From Zygnema circumcarinatum SAG 698-1b (taxonomy: Eukaryota > Plantae > Zygnematophyceae): a stretch of 64,000 bases of DNA. This document shows positions 45,678 through 57,723 of this stretch, one piece after another. How positions within the stretch are numbered: position 1 is the stretch's first letter; every line of letters starts with the position of its first letter. Where the stretch lies: NCBI GenBank assembly GCA_037447605.1, contig CM074807.1, positions 2,428,327-2,492,326 of the forward strand, in the 5' to 3' direction. A model generated the notes under the pieces. The model searched no databases and was not told the DNA's origin. It saw only the letters and a list, made by a program, of their open reading frames with translations. Both the position numbers and the translations under genes were made by a program.

Positions 45678-48600
45678 TCACCGCACCTGACTGGGAGAGC
45701 AGACTAGCCCTGTGGCATCTGCTCCCACAATGGCCAGATCACAAACAGGACACAACTTGCCCGCAGTTTCTGGGACGAAGCTTGCAGCGCAGTATGGGCA
45801 GCCAACCTCACGGCTGTTACGGTAAATAGGGGCAAGAGTGGCCCCGCACACAACAAAGGGGTTACGTGGGTCATATTTTAGGTCAATCTCATCCTTGGGG
45901 TTCTTCTCGCAAGCCTGCAGAACCTGCCGCGCCTTTGTAGCTACCGCTGCAGTAGGATTCAGGTTAAGGAGCCTGCGGCAGAATGTGGCTGTGGTATTGT
46001 AGTTCTTAAGCTTGAAGCATGTGGACATTGCTGCCTGCAGACTCAGCTTCAAATGGGTTGGCTGCAGGTTGCAGTGCGTAAAGTACGCCGCTAGTTCTGC
46101 CTGCAGTGCCAAAAATAGCGACCAAGTCAAATGGGAAAAAGTTTTTTAGGCCAAGACAAGTACAAAGATGACAATAAGTGATAGAAAAAAAAAGAAAACA
46201 AACTCAGGAGATGTTGCGAGAGAAAGATCGGGGAAGTTTCTCTTTCATATCTTGCCTGCTCAAAAAATACCTCAACAAAAGGAAGATGCAAACCAAAACA
46301 AAGCAGAAGACTATGCTGTACCTGTCGAGCAGGATCATCCTTGGTCTCCTTCCTCTTCAACTCAATACGGAGCGCCAAAGTATATTCTTTCGCGATGCCA
46401 AGAAGCTCCTTCACCTCGTCCACCTCCTTTCGTGAGTCCACAACCACCAAAGGAATGGTGTGCAGGATATTCAGGAAGAGTTTCAAGGCCTCTGTGAACT
46501 TGCCCTCTGTAGTTGTCTTGTACGCTGCCTTCAGCTTGTCCTCCAAGGTGCCCAGCCTGTAAATAAGCGCTGGTTGCCCAGGTGTATTGGGAGAAGTCTG
46601 TTCTGCTACATTGCGCTCCAAACCCAGAGAAATAACAGGGACCGAAGCAAGTGCCGGGAGGGAGGTGTGGCTGCCAGTGTGCAGGTCCAAAAAGCCTGCC
46701 TTGAGGGGTGCAAAGTTTTTGATACCCAGTTGTCTGGTCAGCAGTCGCATAGCACTGTCGAATGCTCCCGCAGCAGCATGCTCTGCTGCAATTGAAGACC
46801 TCTGCACCCAGCGTTGGCTTACAGGAATTCCTGGGTTTGGCGTGACAAAGAAGGCTGTATCCATAACAGGCTCAGCGGCTGCTTCAGGAGGAAGTTCCAA
46901 GTCCTCCATTTCCCAGCCACCCTCATCATCTCCACCTTCACCTTCTTCACCATCCTCCCTGGCTTCAGCAACGTCGCCATTTGGCTCTCCAACTTCGGGA
47001 ATTTCAAACTCATCGCCCCATGCCTGCCCAGCTGCTTCATCGTCACCTTCGACTGCCTTGCCATCTTCCACGATGGATCCATCGAAAAAGCCTTTGCTGA
47101 CAACCAAAAGCGGCCAGTTGTCTTCCCTCAAGATAGGCGTTGGAGGCAACAACAACTTTGAGGCTTCTGCAACAGGCACTGCTGGAAGGTCGTCTCCAAG
47201 TTCAGCAGCCAAACGTTCAGCCGTCTCTGTCAGACCATGAACGGCAGCAGTAACATACGCCAAGGGTACATGCCCAGATTCTTCAAGAATCCTGACCCGC
47301 TCCTCCACATTTCCCAGGTACAAAGCATTATGGAAACGACCCATTACATCATTCCGCATTTCTGCGATCTTCAGCATCTTGGCCAGCTTCTCAAGATTTC
47401 CTGTGATGAGGTAGAGGAATGAGAGGCGCTCAAAGTTCTTAGTTTTCTGATATGAAAACTCAACTATCTGGTGATTTCCCTGCCTCAGCGCCTCAACTCC
47501 CAGCTTGTACCAGAAGTCCTTCTCGTCAATCTCATGTGCAGAGTTGAGGGCAACCTCAATGTTACCACATTCAATCGCCAGGTTGAAGCGCGTGCGCTCG
47601 TCTTTAACAAAGTGAAGGGCCACCTCAGGAAACCCCTTCTGCTGCAAGTATGCGATGATGGACTGGCCGCATAGTTGGGAATCCCGAATCATGGCCTTCA
47701 CGTCGTCATACTTGCGCTGAATGAGGGCAAGCTTGAACATGTACTCAGTTGTGTCTATCTGAATCACACGATTCTTGCCATCTCGGTCCAGGCAGAAAAC
47801 TGACTTCCCTAACACCTTCGTGACATACACTGGAACATCGAGAGTGCGAATGATGCCACTGTCTCCATTAGGCAGACAATACTTGACGTGATTCAAGGTG
47901 GTGTACACGAAAACTCCAGAATCATCCCAAGCACCACTCTTGACGCGAATGGTTTCATGGACCGTGCATTTGTGGACGAGCTTCTTTGTCGCAATGATGA
48001 TTGCATGCTTGCTCAACAGAGCCACGTAGTTCATGTCTCCTGACCAAATAACATACTTTACAAATGGCGTGTTCAGCTCCCCTACAGAGGTTCGTTGTTG
48101 CACATCAAAAAGTACCACCTTGTCATCCGACCGGCACAGCAAGCTGCCCGTACCTGCGTAGAAAATAGCATCGGTTGTCGCACAGGGTGGGGGGCACTTC
48201 TTCGTCACCTCGTTGCGCAGGTTCTTGATAAGGATCTGGTTGTGATTTTTGTCAAGCACGGCAAACCGATTCCGCGCAACAAACACGGCTGACGAGCCCA
48301 ACCCCCTCTTTGCTTCCTGAGTTTCACTCCGTCCTGCACTGTCCTTGGGAATGACATACAGCTCGTAGGTTCCACCATCCACATCTGAGCAGATGAGGAC
48401 TGCATTCTCAGCTGGGTTGTACGAAAGGGAACGAGGCCCCTGGTTGGTCGTGTTGGTTCCCGGTCTGCGAATGGAGATAAGGGGGTTATCACGGGTGGAG
48501 GGAAAGTCATAAGTCCGCAAATACCGCTCCTTAACATAGTACAGGGTGGATCCATGAACTGCATAAGCTGGCCTCTCTCGCTCAAGCTTGAACACAATCA

Positions 48601-50222
48601 TGCCACTGTCATGGCCTGCAGCCAACAGGTTCATCTCTGGATGTGCAGCGAGGATCCAAAATCGGTCGTGCTCTCGGCGGAACGTTTGGACCCCTGTTCG
48701 CTTAGAGAGATCCCACACTCGAATGCTCTTGTCCTCCGAATTGGACACAATGGCGTCCTGACGTGCATGAAACATGACGCACGATACATTGTTGACATGG
48801 CCCCGGAGCGTGTCAACCTCCCAAGCTTTAGTATCTGAAAAATGGCCAGCCGTGAAACCCCAGACGAGCGTGTCATGTATGTAAGTATTTCTCGGCTGAA
48901 TCCACTAGATCAGACCACGATGATCCAATCCTGTGTCTAAGCTGGCAGCAGTAGTACAACGATTCCTCTAAATGGCCTCATCGTCTATTGCAATAAGCAA
49001 AGTAGCCAATCAAATGTGACACCTTGGGCCACACATGAATTTTCAATGCAGGACAACAAAGATGTAATTTTCTGCAGAAGCTATCGAAACTTAGAAAGTC
49101 AGAGTACAGCAAACATGTGAAATTGAAGTTTTTCTGATGGTTGGCGAATGATTTGCTGGTGAACCAGCCATGGTTTTCTCATTTGGTCAAGTTCAGCATT
49201 CGGGTCTCTCTTGTGAAAGAAGCTCCAGCCAGATATGCAAGCATAAAGATTTATCCTGATGATGATGGCAATCCGCAGTCAGTCAGAGTTACACACCATT
49301 CATCCGCCAAAGCTTGACTTGGCGATCATCTGCTCCTGACACAATCAGGGGGAGCGTGGGGTGGAAGGCTGCCCAGTTCACTCCACGATCATGGCCTTCG
49401 AGAACATATTTCACTACGGCATCTCCACCGCCAAAAAGTTCTGCGTTCATTTGTGGAATCCTGAGCACATCCTCGGCAGGTGCCACAGTCTTTTTCCGCA
49501 GAGCACCAATGTCCCAAACACGAACAGTCTGATCCAAAGAGGCTGAAACCACAAGGTCCTCCTTGATGTGAAATGCAGCGCACATTACATAATGGTTATG
49601 CCCAGTGAGAACTGAAATGCAGTTACGGGATTGCCAGTTCCAGATCCGTATTGTCTGATCATCACTTGCGCTGACAATCCAGGGATACTCCTGATGGAAC
49701 TGCACCGTGCGAATGTAATCCAAATGACCCAGCAATGTGAAGAGACAGCGTCTCATCTTGTAGTTCCATACCTTGATCTTGTAGTCATCCCCTGTACAGA
49801 AAAGGAAACGTCGACTTAGAGCAAAAAAAGCATTGACTATTTCGACGGAGGAGCTATTTTGAGGAGATTTTTCAACTTATGACAACAGTGAAAAGCAACT
49901 AGCCTCCTTCACCCTTAACAGAAAATGCATTCGGTACTACCTGCTCCTTACACGATACATCATTCAGAATGGTGCAAGCCTTCATAACGGGGGAAAGGAA
50001 GATGAAAAACGCACCACCAGACACAAAAAGTGGCTGCGACTTGTGAAAGTGAACCCCTCGCACAGGTCCATCGTGTTCATCAAACCTATCGATCAAGGTC
50101 CCCATGCGATAGTCCCACAGCTGTATAACTCCGCTGTGTAAACTCGCGAGGATCCATGGCCTCCGCGGGTGAAAGGATAGACCTTTCACCCGATTACTCT
50201 TCGTCTCGAACTTCGTGAGCAT
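45678..50222 (-). CDS. COPA: Coatomer subunit alpha; 4 exons (about 50222-50015, 49793-49298, 48836-46322, 46102-45678)
   Basis: [33 protein letters not shown]40 start; continuous ~880-aa coatomer region; C-terminal [13 protein letters not shown]...[13 protein letters not shown]...CPYC...CPVC. Confidence 0.97.
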
Positions 50223-51448
50223 ATTGCTTTCCTCCAGTACTGCGGATTGGAATAACCCTTCAGAAGATGTTGGAGTTCCTGCAGGAACAATGCAGCTACT
50301 GCTTGCGGGAGGGCTCCTGCATACGCTGCAGCGCTCGAAATACCGGGCGTATCGACCTGTTCTGCCCTGCGCGCTCAGCAGATAGGGTTTGCGAGCAGGC
50401 GGGAAGGCCGCTCCGTCAGAGGGAGAGGGAGGGTGGAGTCTCGCAGGGCGGGCGGAGTCTGGCTGTTGAAGTCGCCGCTGCTCCTTGCCGATGCGCTGTC
50501 ACAGTTATAGTTGCAGTTACAAGTCCAGTTAAGCGTACGGCTGCCTCCGGCAAGGCATTGGTCTCACGATGCGGCGCCATCAACTTGTTGAACATGGTAT
50601 GCAAGGGAATTCTAAGCACAACTGGATGCTGCATTGCTCTCAGGCTGGCGATGCCATTAAATGTCCAAGGACAACAACAATATGGGGAACCAAAAGGGGA
50701 ACCGCTCAAAAATGATTTAGGAACGGTTTTTTTTTTTCTGTCAAAAGCTATGAGCGGAACTTTGCTTCTAGGCCCAACAATACGTGGCGGCCTCTCGCTG
50801 TGTTCCAAGCCTTGCGCCGTAGCTTTTAGCGAGTTGTTGTGTCTTTGATTCCGTCGTCGTGCCTTTGTCTCACCCTTTTGCTGACCTTCCTCTCCTTCCC
50901 TCGTCCTCTATCCCCGTCCCCGTCTCCGTCCCCGTCTCGTCTCCCTTCGCTTCAGGACTGAGTCCTTCTTCCTTCAGAACTTCTTCTGTTTCATCTTTGG
51001 AGGACTTCTCTTTCTTAGACATATTAGACAAGTTCAATCAGCCAGCACTTCAGACTCAATACACAACACACTTATCCCCAAACGAACTTTATCCAAACAG
51101 ACCTGAAGCATAATCATCCTTTGCTTTTCCCTCAAGACTCCGGTTTTTCAAAGTCTCAAAGTGCTGACCTTTACAATATTCCTTCCTAATACCCAACCGC
51201 CAAAAAAGCAACATGACCAACATCATAATAATCCCTACGCCATCCGTACAATAATCCCCTACAGTCCCATGTTCGATTCTATGGATCTCAACATTCGCAT
51301 GTTGGGACGTGCTAGCCGAGGTCCTTGGACGTGTCCTAGAGACTTGCTTTGTTGGGCCAATCTCCCTCGTTGTTCTCGTTGTTGCGATCGCATCGTTCGA
51401 ACTAGCGGGGGCATGCGAGTATGCGACCCTCCCCGCGGGTGTTGTTGG

Positions 51449-51488
51449 CATGGCATGGCATGGCATGGCATGGCATGGCATGGCATGG
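51449..51488. repeat. (CATGG)8 microsatellite in the COPA / LptF-G divergent intergenic region
   Basis: Read directly from the sequence. Confidence 0.95.
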
Positions 51489-51671
51489 CGTGTCCTAACT
51501 TTTGTATGGCATGTGAGGGGTTGCGGCCGGTCACATTTCTGCAGGAAACGCTTAGTCAGTTCCACGGCGCGTTTCACGCGGGTGCAGCATGGAACGTTGG
51601 GAGGAGGAGCACCTCCCACCCTCCCTCCCCAGCATCCGTTGCGAGCTTGAGGGGCCACCTTCGCGGCATCT

Positions 51672-54600
51672 ATGGCTTCAGCTCCCGGCTGCTGTGCTGC
51701 ATCTACAACAGCCATTCTTACTACTGGGGAATCATCATTCCACAGCAGAGGGAGAAAACTAGGATTCAATGTGTGCTTGGCAAGCATTACGCATTCTGTG
51801 TCATTTAGAAGACAAGAACAATACCTTGGTCAGTATGCGAGGCATAAGAGTGCTCATTTCAGGGTTGCAGGTCGTAGTTGCATTCAAAACAAGCGTGTGG
51901 TAGTATTATGTGCTGTTGAAGGCACTGCGGGAGCTCAAATCAGTTTGAACTCGGAGCCAAAGGGGTCTGAAGTTTCTGTCTTGGAGCGTTACTTGCTTGG
52001 AGAATTGCTTCTTCCGCTGCTGGTTGGCCTTGCTGCTTTCTCCCTTCTCGCTATTTCTATAGGTGAGACCCTCTTGTTTGCTTTTTGGCTTCTCTTGAAC
52101 TGTTTGAATCTGCAAGTGTACCTTCGCGGACTGTTTGGCTTGTTTGCGAAGAAGAAACCTTTCGGAATTGTGGATAGAGCTACAAAGGTATTTCAGAGAT
52201 CAACAGGCACGATCAGGAATCGCAAGGTCCAATGCCGGAAAGGGAAAATGGAGTCCAATGCCGAGTTTTTAGACGTGCATGGTGTAAGAGAGCGCATTTG
52301 CGCACTACTTGCTTCAGTAGATTAGTAGAGTTGATCCTCAAGTTGTTACTGGGCCATCTAATCAATGCTCATAAGCTAAGCATAGCTCAGCCTTCCTTGG
52401 TTGTCTTAAACCAACAGCTGCTTTTTATATCCTATTAATTTCTGTTCGCCTGGCTAGCTAGTAATTATTTTCTACGTTTACTTCTGCACCCTTTCAATCT
52501 TGCTTTAAATTAGTCAACAGCACTATCTTCAGCAAAACTTCAGGCCTTTAACACTCGCATTTTTTTGAGGATGAGATAACTAGCTTAAAGGTCAATGGTG
52601 CATTATTTGCATGGCTTATTGTGGTCAAGCAATGGAGGGTCTGTTTCTTATAACATAAGGCGATGCTGCATATGAGCTGTTTTCCGTCACTTTTTCCACG
52701 AGCTTGGCAACAATGATCAAATATTCTCCTGCCGGTCGATTTTGTGTTAGCTAACAGATTTGTTAAATCAATGTACCTCTATACTTACTAAGCCATGTTA
52801 AGACATGTAAGATATAGTATTTTGCTTATGGAATCGCAAACTCAAGCTCCTAACAAATTCTCAGTCCGAAAATTCCTTTTAACCCAAAACTCATTATTAA
52901 TTGGGTCAGAAGGTGTAGTTGACTAATGAGTTAGGGAACAGTTGGTCTTGCTGCTGTACATGCATGCAGAATTTTGATTTGTTCTTTCCCGATAGTTAAC
53001 ACTAAAAAATCTTGCTGATGAGTGCGCTATTCCGGACATTGTGAGATTGTCAAGTGCCAAGCAGATAGGTTGGATATATGACACTGATACTTCCTCCTTG
53101 GAGAATGATACGCTTACGTTTGCAGCCATCTCAAGATTTAATCACGACTCCTGTCGAAACATTAGCTCTTTCTGAGGAAAATTTGGGGATACTTTGTAAG
53201 AACTCCGTCAGGGGTCCACTGTGTATTGCGATGAAGGTCCACAGGACCTAGTTCTTAGAGAACACCATTTCGTTTCTTTATAGTGCTCTCAACATGCAGC
53301 GAGGATTATTCTCGTTGTTCTTTCTAGTGATATGTGAAGAATTTGAAGTTACTCCGCAAATGACTGCTCCAGGGGTTTCAACATGCCTTCTATTGAAAGT
53401 TGTATCTCCTTGGCCTAGGAAGAATGTAGACAAGTATCCACATTCATCGCATTCTGAAACCTATCAGTTGGATAACTCACTGCAGGGAGCTGGCATGAAG
53501 TATCCTTGGTATTGCGAGGAGGAGCAGTGCGCCGTGCTGTAGCTGTTCTTTTCCTGCGGACACCAGTGAGTAAGATTGTGCCCATGGAGGGGGGGATGAG
53601 TCACGTCACCAGTTGAGAGAGGCTTTCTTCGGAAGCATTTAAGGAACACATGAGCTGAAGCCTAACGAAATAGGGGACTGAAAGGAACAGACGATTTAAG
53701 AAGTATTAAAAGTTGAGGATAACCACAGTGCTTGTAATGAAACCGTGACTTCTTGTCTCATACGAACCTTCCCTGCATACCTGCCCGTGAAAAAATGCAG
53801 GCACTAGTTGGACTGGCGATTCCCATGGCTACTCTGCTGGCTCCCCTTTTGGGGTTCGGGCAGTTAAATTTGAATGCAGAGAGTATTGGTGGGTGCTATT
53901 TGACGCCCTGCAGCCCAGTGGTGGATTCTGTTCAGTTCTTGCTGGGTGCTTCGTTCTATTGTAGCTGCTTTTGCATAGCAACAAGAAAACGGAGAACGGG
54001 AACGTGCAGCTCTGCAAGCATGTGGGGTTCGGAAGTGGCGACTGGTGCGGCTCGCTGGAACACTCTTTCTGGGAGTAGCGCTGCTTCACCTTATAATTGC
54101 TGAGGTACATTCTTCTTGAAATCTCAGAAAGAATCTTCTCTGACTCATTTTCCTGACATCTGCTTGCAGTTGGAGCAGCCAGTTCAAGGTACTGTAAAGA
54201 GAATTTGTTTTACGGCAAATTCGTCATATGTTCTGAATCTTGGTGAACTGATTCTGGTGGACGACAGGGTTTCGCTCCACGTACTAATCGAGCTGCAACG
54301 GATATTGTGACTGAGGCTCGCGCTGTGTCATCATGGCAAGCTTCATCGGTATGAACCAGATTCCCTGCTGCTTGTGATGTTGGCTACGTTGTGACAGTTT
54401 CTTTCGCACGATTGTCATGGCTGGCTTAGCCCTTTATACCTTACCACGTGCTAACCACTAATTAAAGGACATGTCATGGCTGTGGGGTGGTTACGAAAGC
54501 AGTTACCACCAGCACAGAGTCTCCGATGGGGCCCAGTTCTCCACCTGGAGATAAGGTGCGCATTCAGTTTTTTTTTTCTGCTTCTAATTCTTCTGTTCCT

Positions 54601-56977
54601 ATTTCATACGTCAGCACTTGCTGCATTTTTGGCTTTCCTTTCTGGAATGATGTGGCATCAAACTTTTTGAATCGACTATTTCATCAAAAGGACACGTTTT
54701 TGAAGGAGGTGCCTTCGAGTGCTGGTTAAAGAGCCATGTACTGAAAAGAAAAATGGGGACAATTATCCTGCAGGGACGGCTCCCTTGAACGTCTGCTCTA
54801 TGCTCAAGCCGGAGACGGCTCTGTCCTTTCACGCCCAGCTGTGCTTGAAGTGCAGGTCTGAATCACCATCATCAGAACATTCAGTTCCTTTCATTCAGCA
54901 CCATTAGTCAGTGCTGCTGATGGAATGGATGCTCGAGAAGGTTTGCCTTCGTTGTCCACCGAATGCGGCCTATCACCTTCCTGAGAATTATGCTGGGGTG
55001 CTGTTTTTGTGAATAGCATGCAGCTAGGCAGCCTTTCGAGACGGTTGGAGGTAGAGAGGAAGCAGACATAAGTGGGAGATCGGGAAGGAGGTCAGGTAAG
55101 GGACAGAAGGACATGCACAATCTGATGATCTACAACTTCCATTAGGGTTTTCTCATCGCGGCTCCAACATAAGCTGCTCTCCATAGGAGAATATGCAATT
55201 GTGAATTGGAAATCGCTCGTATCCAGGTGAATACCCGCTGAGCGTAACTAAGTGAAAAGTGGTACGAGAACCCTAGGACAAGTCATGAGTGGGTGTACCA
55301 TCTTTGAAGTGTTACTAGCTGCTGTGCCCATGTGGGTTGTGTAGAGTCGCAGGGATCTGGCCGAAGGCTGTGATGACTGCCGAGGGCGCGTGGTGGGATG
55401 GTCGCATACCGGGATGGAGACTTCGAGAGGGTAAGCAGCATGAGCTGTTGCTTTCTGCTGCGGAGGACGAGGCTGGGGACGTACAGGAGGAAAAAGCAGA
55501 TCAAGTGCAGATCACCAACTACAATGTTCGGCAACAGGCAACGCAGGAGTGGCCCGGTATGTCAGCTGAACAGTGTTTGTGCTTACTCCACCCTTGCTGG
55601 CTGATGCTGCCTTTTACAAGCAACATTTCTTGCTTTTCATCTTAGTTCGGTGTTCTAAATTTCATCTGCTCTTTCAATTTAGATTCTGTATCTTATTTTG
55701 GTTTACTTCCCTCGTCGTTAACTTCTTCGTCCCTTGTTCTGCCCACTTTACTTGTTGTCGCCATTGCTCCACTTGCAACTTGGACCTTTCCCATAGTTCC
55801 ATCTCTTTCTGTCTCACTCGTCCCTCCCATCCAGTCCTTTCCTTCTATTCTCCCTCGTCGCCCTTCATTTAATTATTTGCTTCATTTAATTATTTGCTTT
55901 CTCCCAGTCCTCTTTGCTGCTCTCTTATTTTAACCCCCTCTCCACTCCCCTCTCTTTCTCATACTCCACCTCACGTTCCATTTCTCCTTTGCTCCCTTTT
56001 CTTTTTTAAAAGACTCCTGTTGCTTGAACCATTCTTTGTTCCCCTGGCAGTCCGCTATTTGTTATCAAAATTGTTTTTGTCATTGAATGCCTGCTCGACA
56101 TTAGCGTTCTTCAGATGTCAAATATTCGCAAGTATCTGGTCACTCCTTTTCCATAGACCTTGACTCCCATTCATGTGCTTCAATTTGGCAGATCGACATG
56201 AGGTCGACGCATTGAGAACGCACGTTGGCCGTAGTACAGACGACCTTTCCATGAAGCAGGCAGGTATTCTACCCCTTGTATGAAAAGGGCTTGCATTGTG
56301 GCTTGCGGATCACACCTGACATGCATGTTCTATGGATGCAGATGTTGGACATGCTGCACGCTCTGCGATCAAGCCACATCAACAAGGATGGCCGCACAAT
56401 TCAGGTTGAATGATAAATCCTTAACTGAGATAGCTTCCGCTGTCTTGTAATGGATGGCAGCAAAGAACAGCCTTCCATAAACCTCATACAACCGTCGTTT
56501 CCTTTTCGAACTGCAGTTGAAGCTGCATCAGCGCATTGCTCTACCTTTCGCATCCTTTGTGTTCGGAGTGCTGGCTGCAGCGCTCAGCTTCCGCCTGCCT
56601 TTACAAAACAAACTGGTCAGTACCTCCCCGGCAGGCCTTCCTTCTGCATCTGCAAATGGTTCTGACAGGCTTTTGGAGTGTCTTATACTGCACTTTGCTA
56701 TATCCTTTTGCAGGTTGCCTCTGGCCTCACACTTGGCCTCGTGTTTCTTTACTACGCCCTCTCACTCACTGGGTCCCTTCTCTCACAGGTAGATTCACTT
56801 GCATTGTACCTAAGGTGGTCCTCACTTTGTCAGGGTTCATTACCGCCAAACCTAACTCCGATCCTGTGTTCTGTTTTGTGTCCCGCGTGTCAGCTGCTTT
56901 TGATCCCCCCCGTAATGGGCGCCTGGCTGCCAAACTTCATTGGGGCCATTGTAACTGCACTGCTCATGCTTGGTTAG
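51672..56977 (+). CDS. LptF/LptG (YjgP/YjgQ) family permease of cyanobacterial type with long N-terminal extension; multi-exon
   Basis: Spliced pieces: SVLERYLLGELLLPLLVGLAAFSLLAISIG | GSWHEVSLVLRGGAVRRAVAVLFLRTP | ALVGLAIPMATLLAPLLGFG | ERAALQACGVRKWRLV | DGSLERLLYA | AEGAWWDG | KLHQRIALPFASFVFGVLAAALS | LTLGLVFLYYAL | PPVMGAWLPNFIG; stop at 56977. Confidence 0.82.
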
Positions 56978-57352
56978 TGCAACCAGTTGATGGTGACAAT
57001 TTCATTGTACAGTTGGCTGCTAAGCTGCCTTCTAATCCAGCTCTTGTTCACTTGTTCTTTGCTCGTTCCTGTTTCAAGTTGTTTCAATTTCCGTATGATT
57101 TGCCTAGAGTTTGATTTTGTACTGAAGTCCGTGGATGGGCGCTCTCACGAACCGTCCATGAATCTTGCAAACACACAACATTGCATTCATCTAAGAGGAC
57201 ATTTAGATAGGAAAGGACAAGAAAAGGCTTGTTAATAACACCTTCCTTCACGTGGAAAGCAATAGAAGAACAAGTGAAAGGGATACTTGTAACTGCGTCA
57301 CTTTTCCTGCATAATCTAATTGCCAGAACTCTCGCGATGTTTCATGGCAGAA

Positions 57353-57605
57353 CCTATTGAGCAATTTCTAATTTCACTACATTCAAAGTCAAGCTTTGCC
57401 TTAGGGCAAAAATTCAGAAGCCTAAGACTTTGAGACCCCATCTCTATTCCCTATGTAGCCAATAATCTGCCCCCTGTAATTACAGCAAAGGAAATTGATG
57501 ACAGTTAAATCAGCCTATTGAGCAATTTCCAATTCCACTACATTCCAAGTCAAGCTTTATCTTGGGCTACACTTCAGAATCCTATGCATGCGAGAGCCTA
57601 GTAAC
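57353..57605. repeat. Imperfect ~160-bp-period direct duplication between convergent 3' ends
   Basis: CCTATTGAGCAATTTC(T/C)AATT(T/C)CACTACATTC(A/C)AAGTCAAGCTTT at 57353 and 57514. Confidence 0.85.
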
Positions 57606-57723
57606 CAAGAATCTCCCTGCGATAAGTAGAGCAACGGAATTCGCCCCCCTGCTTTTGCATACCTTCCGAACGGCAGAACCTTGAGAATCTCCCCTCCCCT
57701 CCCTACCACTTCCTTGAGCCCCA

